A stretch of DNA of 64,000 nt from an uncultured Gemmatimonadales bacterium. GTDB taxonomy: Bacteria; Gemmatimonadota; Gemmatimonadetes; Gemmatimonadales; GWC2-71-9. Location: NCBI GenBank assembly GCA_963821525.1, contig CAWGED010000005.1:704001-768000 (forward strand). Direction: 5' to 3'. Positions 61,641 through 64,000 of the stretch are shown piece after piece. A program made the position numbers and the translations under genes. Under the pieces are notes generated by a model. The model searched no databases, had not been told where the DNA came from, and saw only the letters and a list, made by a program, of their open reading frames with translations. Each line of letters opens with the position of its first letter. Position 1 is the stretch's first letter.

Positions 61641-63947
61641 CTACTTCATGCAGTACACGTAGTACTGGCCCTCGTGCTCCTCGGCCCCTTCGACCTCCTT
61701 GGCGAAGCCGGGGAACTGCTCGCCGTATTCCTGGAGCGTACGGACGAAGGTGAGCCAGGGACCGTCGCCCGGGCCGATGTTCTCACCCGGCATGACGATG
61801 GGGATGCCGGGAGGGTAGGGGATGACGCCTACCGCGACGACCCGGTTCGACATTTCGCTGAGCGGGACCTTCTCGACGTCTCCCGCCATGAGCTGCTGGA
61901 AGGCCTTCCGCGGAGTCATTTCCGGCGTGGGAAGCGATTCATAGGCCAGGGCCTGCCAGTAGCCGGTGCGGCTTTGCCGCATGTGGGCCCACATCTCGTC
62001 TCCCAGGTCGCGCATGCCCATGCCGGCGTAGCGCGCCGGCGCCTTCGCTACCAGGCCAGGCAACACCTCGGCGAGTGGCGCATTGCGGTCGTAGTCGGCC
62101 TTGAAGTCCAGCAACGTGTTGATCAGAGTGCCCCATTTGCCCTTCGTGACGCCCACCGAGAAGAGGAAGAGCACCATGTGATCGGTGGTGCGCGAGGGGA
62201 CGATGCCGTGGCGGCCGAGGTAGGCAGTGACCAGGTCGGCCGGAATGCCCCACTTCTCGAGCTTGCCGTCCCGGCCCATGCCGGGGCAGACGATGCCGAA
62301 CTTGATGGGATCGAGCAGGCAATAGCCGTCCGGCAATCCCTCGAACCCGTGCCAGTCCTCCCCGGGATGCAGAACCCAGCAATCGGGATCGGTGGCCAGC
62401 TGCTCGGCCGACGCCTTGTAGAACGGCACCCGCTTGCCGGTTTTCCGGTCCTTGATCGTGTCGGCGTTCCAGGGCGCGAAGAACCACTGCTTCTTGGCCT
62501 TGAACTCCTGGTAGAACCGGGCGACGAGGAGACGGCAGGCCACCGCTTCTTCGATCACGCCCTGGGTCAGGGCCAGCCCGCCAGGTCCATCCATCATCGC
62601 CGCGGCAATCTCGTTTGAGGCGATGAGGGAGTAGAGCGGCGAGGTGCTGGCCTGGGCGCAGTAGGCCTCATTGAACCGGCCATGATCGATCGAGCCCCGT
62701 CCGTCCCGGATGTGGATGAACGAGGTGAGCGACAAGGCGGCCAGCAGCTTGTGGGTCGAATGGGTGGCGAAGACCGTCGGGTCGTCTTCGGCATGAGTGG
62801 ACGGGTCACCCCGCATCGCGTACCGGTCCCGGTACATCGGGTTGAACCGGGCGTAGCCGTACCATGCCTCGTCGAAATGGACCCGATCCGAGCTTTGCCC
62901 CAGGAGGTCCTGCACCTTGGTTGCGTCGTAACACATCCCATCGTACGTGCAATTGGTCACGACCGCGTAAACCGGCTTTTCATGCGGGGCCTGCTTCACC
63001 AGGGGATTGGACGCGATCGCCTTTGCGATGGACTTGGGGGAGAGCTGTTGCGGGGGGATCGGGCCGATGATGCCGTAGCGGTTTCGGGTCGGCCTGAGAA
63101 AGACGGGGATCCCGCCGGTGATGGCGAGTCCCTGCTCGATGGACTTGTGGCAGTTGCGATCGCAGAGCGCGATCTCGAGATCGCCGACGCAGGCGGACAT
63201 GATGGTCCGGTTGGACCCCGAGGTGCCGGCCTGCACCGAGTATGTCCGGTGGGCGCCGAAGACCCGTGCCGCGTACTTCTCGCTCTCGCCAATGGGGCCG
63301 CTGTGGGTGAGGAGCGCGCCGAGTCCCCCGCGCTCGATCCCCATGTCGGTGCGGAAGAGATTCTCGCCGTAGAAATCGAAGAACAGGCGGCCGACCGCGG
63401 ATTTGGTAAAGGCGACCCCACCCTGGTGGCCGGGCGCCGCCCAGGAGTATTCCCGCTCCCGGTTATAGGCGGCGAGAGCCGCGGTGAACGGGGGCAGCAA
63501 CACGTCGCGGTAGCGTTCCATGGCGGTGATCACCCGGCCCGCGATGAAGCCCGACGTGTCCTCGAGCAGCCAGACGAACTCGTCCGACAGGGTCGCCACT
63601 TCCGGCGTGAGGCTGCCGGCTATCCCTCGACGATCCGCCAGCAGGAAGATCGGGATCTTGGCGTTGCTGGCACGGATCAGCCGGAGCAGCTCCGTCGCCT
63701 TGGCGTGCGACCTGGCGTCGTTCTTTCCGGCGGTCCAGTTGATCAGGATACAATGCAGCCCCGCATCGGAGCCTGCCGTGGCGCTGCCGTCTTCCAGCGA
63801 AAGGGCTTCAACGACATCGACGCCGCGCGACACCAGCTCCTCGGCAAGTGCCCGGACGGCTCGGCCCCCGGCGGTCTCTGGCTGGGCGAGCTCGTCGTCA
63901 ACAATAAGCACCCGCCAGCGTAGCTGAGCGCGCTGTGGTGTAATCAT
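61641..63947 (-). CDS. Second wing-domain Arg/Lys/Orn decarboxylase
   Basis: Wing domain, SWAAPGHQGG, DRNCHKS, NCTYDG, HFDEAW, HSTHK, PYPPGIP. Confidence 0.92.
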   Translation of the reverse strand: MITPQRAQLRWRVLIVDDELAQPETAGGRAVRALAEELVSRGVDVVEALSLEDGSATAGSDAGLHCILINWTAGKNDARSHAKATELLRLIRASNAKIPIFLLADRRGIAGSLTPEVATLSDEFVWLLEDTSGFIAGRVITAMERYRDVLLPPFTAALAAYNREREYSWAAPGHQGGVAFTKSAVGRLFFDFYGENLFRTDMGIERGGLGALLTHSGPIGESEKYAARVFGAHRTYSVQAGTSGSNRTIMSACVGDLEIALCDRNCHKSIEQGLAITGGIPVFLRPTRNRYGIIGPIPPQQLSPKSIAKAIASNPLVKQAPHEKPVYAVVTNCTYDGMCYDATKVQDLLGQSSDRVHFDEAWYGYARFNPMYRDRYAMRGDPSTHAEDDPTVFATHSTHKLLAALSLTSFIHIRDGRGSIDHGRFNEAYCAQASTSPLYSLIASNEIAAAMMDGPGGLALTQGVIEEAVACRLLVARFYQEFKAKKQWFFAPWNADTIKDRKTGKRVPFYKASAEQLATDPDCWVLHPGEDWHGFEGLPDGYCLLDPIKFGIVCPGMGRDGKLEKWGIPADLVTAYLGRHGIVPSRTTDHMVLFLFSVGVTKGKWGTLINTLLDFKADYDRNAPLAEVLPGLVAKAPARYAGMGMRDLGDEMWAHMRQSRTGYWQALAYESLPTPEMTPRKAFQQLMAGDVEKVPLSEMSNRVVAVGVIPYPPGIPIVMPGENIGPGDGPWLTFVRTLQEYGEQFPGFAKEVEGAEEHEGQYYVYCMK

Positions 63948-64000
63948 CGGGATCTCTCTAGTGATGATCTGACAGCAACAATTCGAAAGACGAATCCGGT

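Overview
GC-rich bacterial chromosomal window. The gene content suggests a diderm, possibly of the Gemmatimonadota type (inference only). About a dozen single-base frameshifts in otherwise intact genes suggest an unpolished long-read assembly. Left to right: (1) metY with a Met/Cys-rich leader peptide and attenuator; (2) yajQ, a SpoIID/LytB protein, an oxidoreductase and a Lnb/DUF4105 protein; (3) a minus-strand cyclic-nucleotide cluster (Crp, MBL hydrolase, CsgG/TPR protein, an mlaE/mlaD deletion scar, GAF-HD-GYP); (4) rpmE-prfA-prmC-ylbF-tmk-ctpA-TSUP-DUF2520; (5) rpsF-rpsR-yybS-rplI-DAK2/DegV-rsfS-Omp85 fusion, then SPOR-smc-aroF-lolA; (6) a MoxR-DUF58-Bat operon divergent from an ECF sigma/Ser-Thr kinase pair; (7) prs-rplY-pth-ychF; (8) a ~20 kb co-oriented block of three wing-domain basic amino acid decarboxylases, two antiporters, an orphan SBP, a DcaP-like porin, an RND pump and PPK2. 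Several families of short-period (7-10 nt) inverted repeat arrays lie between and inside genes. No rRNA, tRNA, CRISPR array or transposase was recognised. The best novelty candidates are the Met/Cys attenuator, the triple-decarboxylase block and the repeat-encoded peptide segments.
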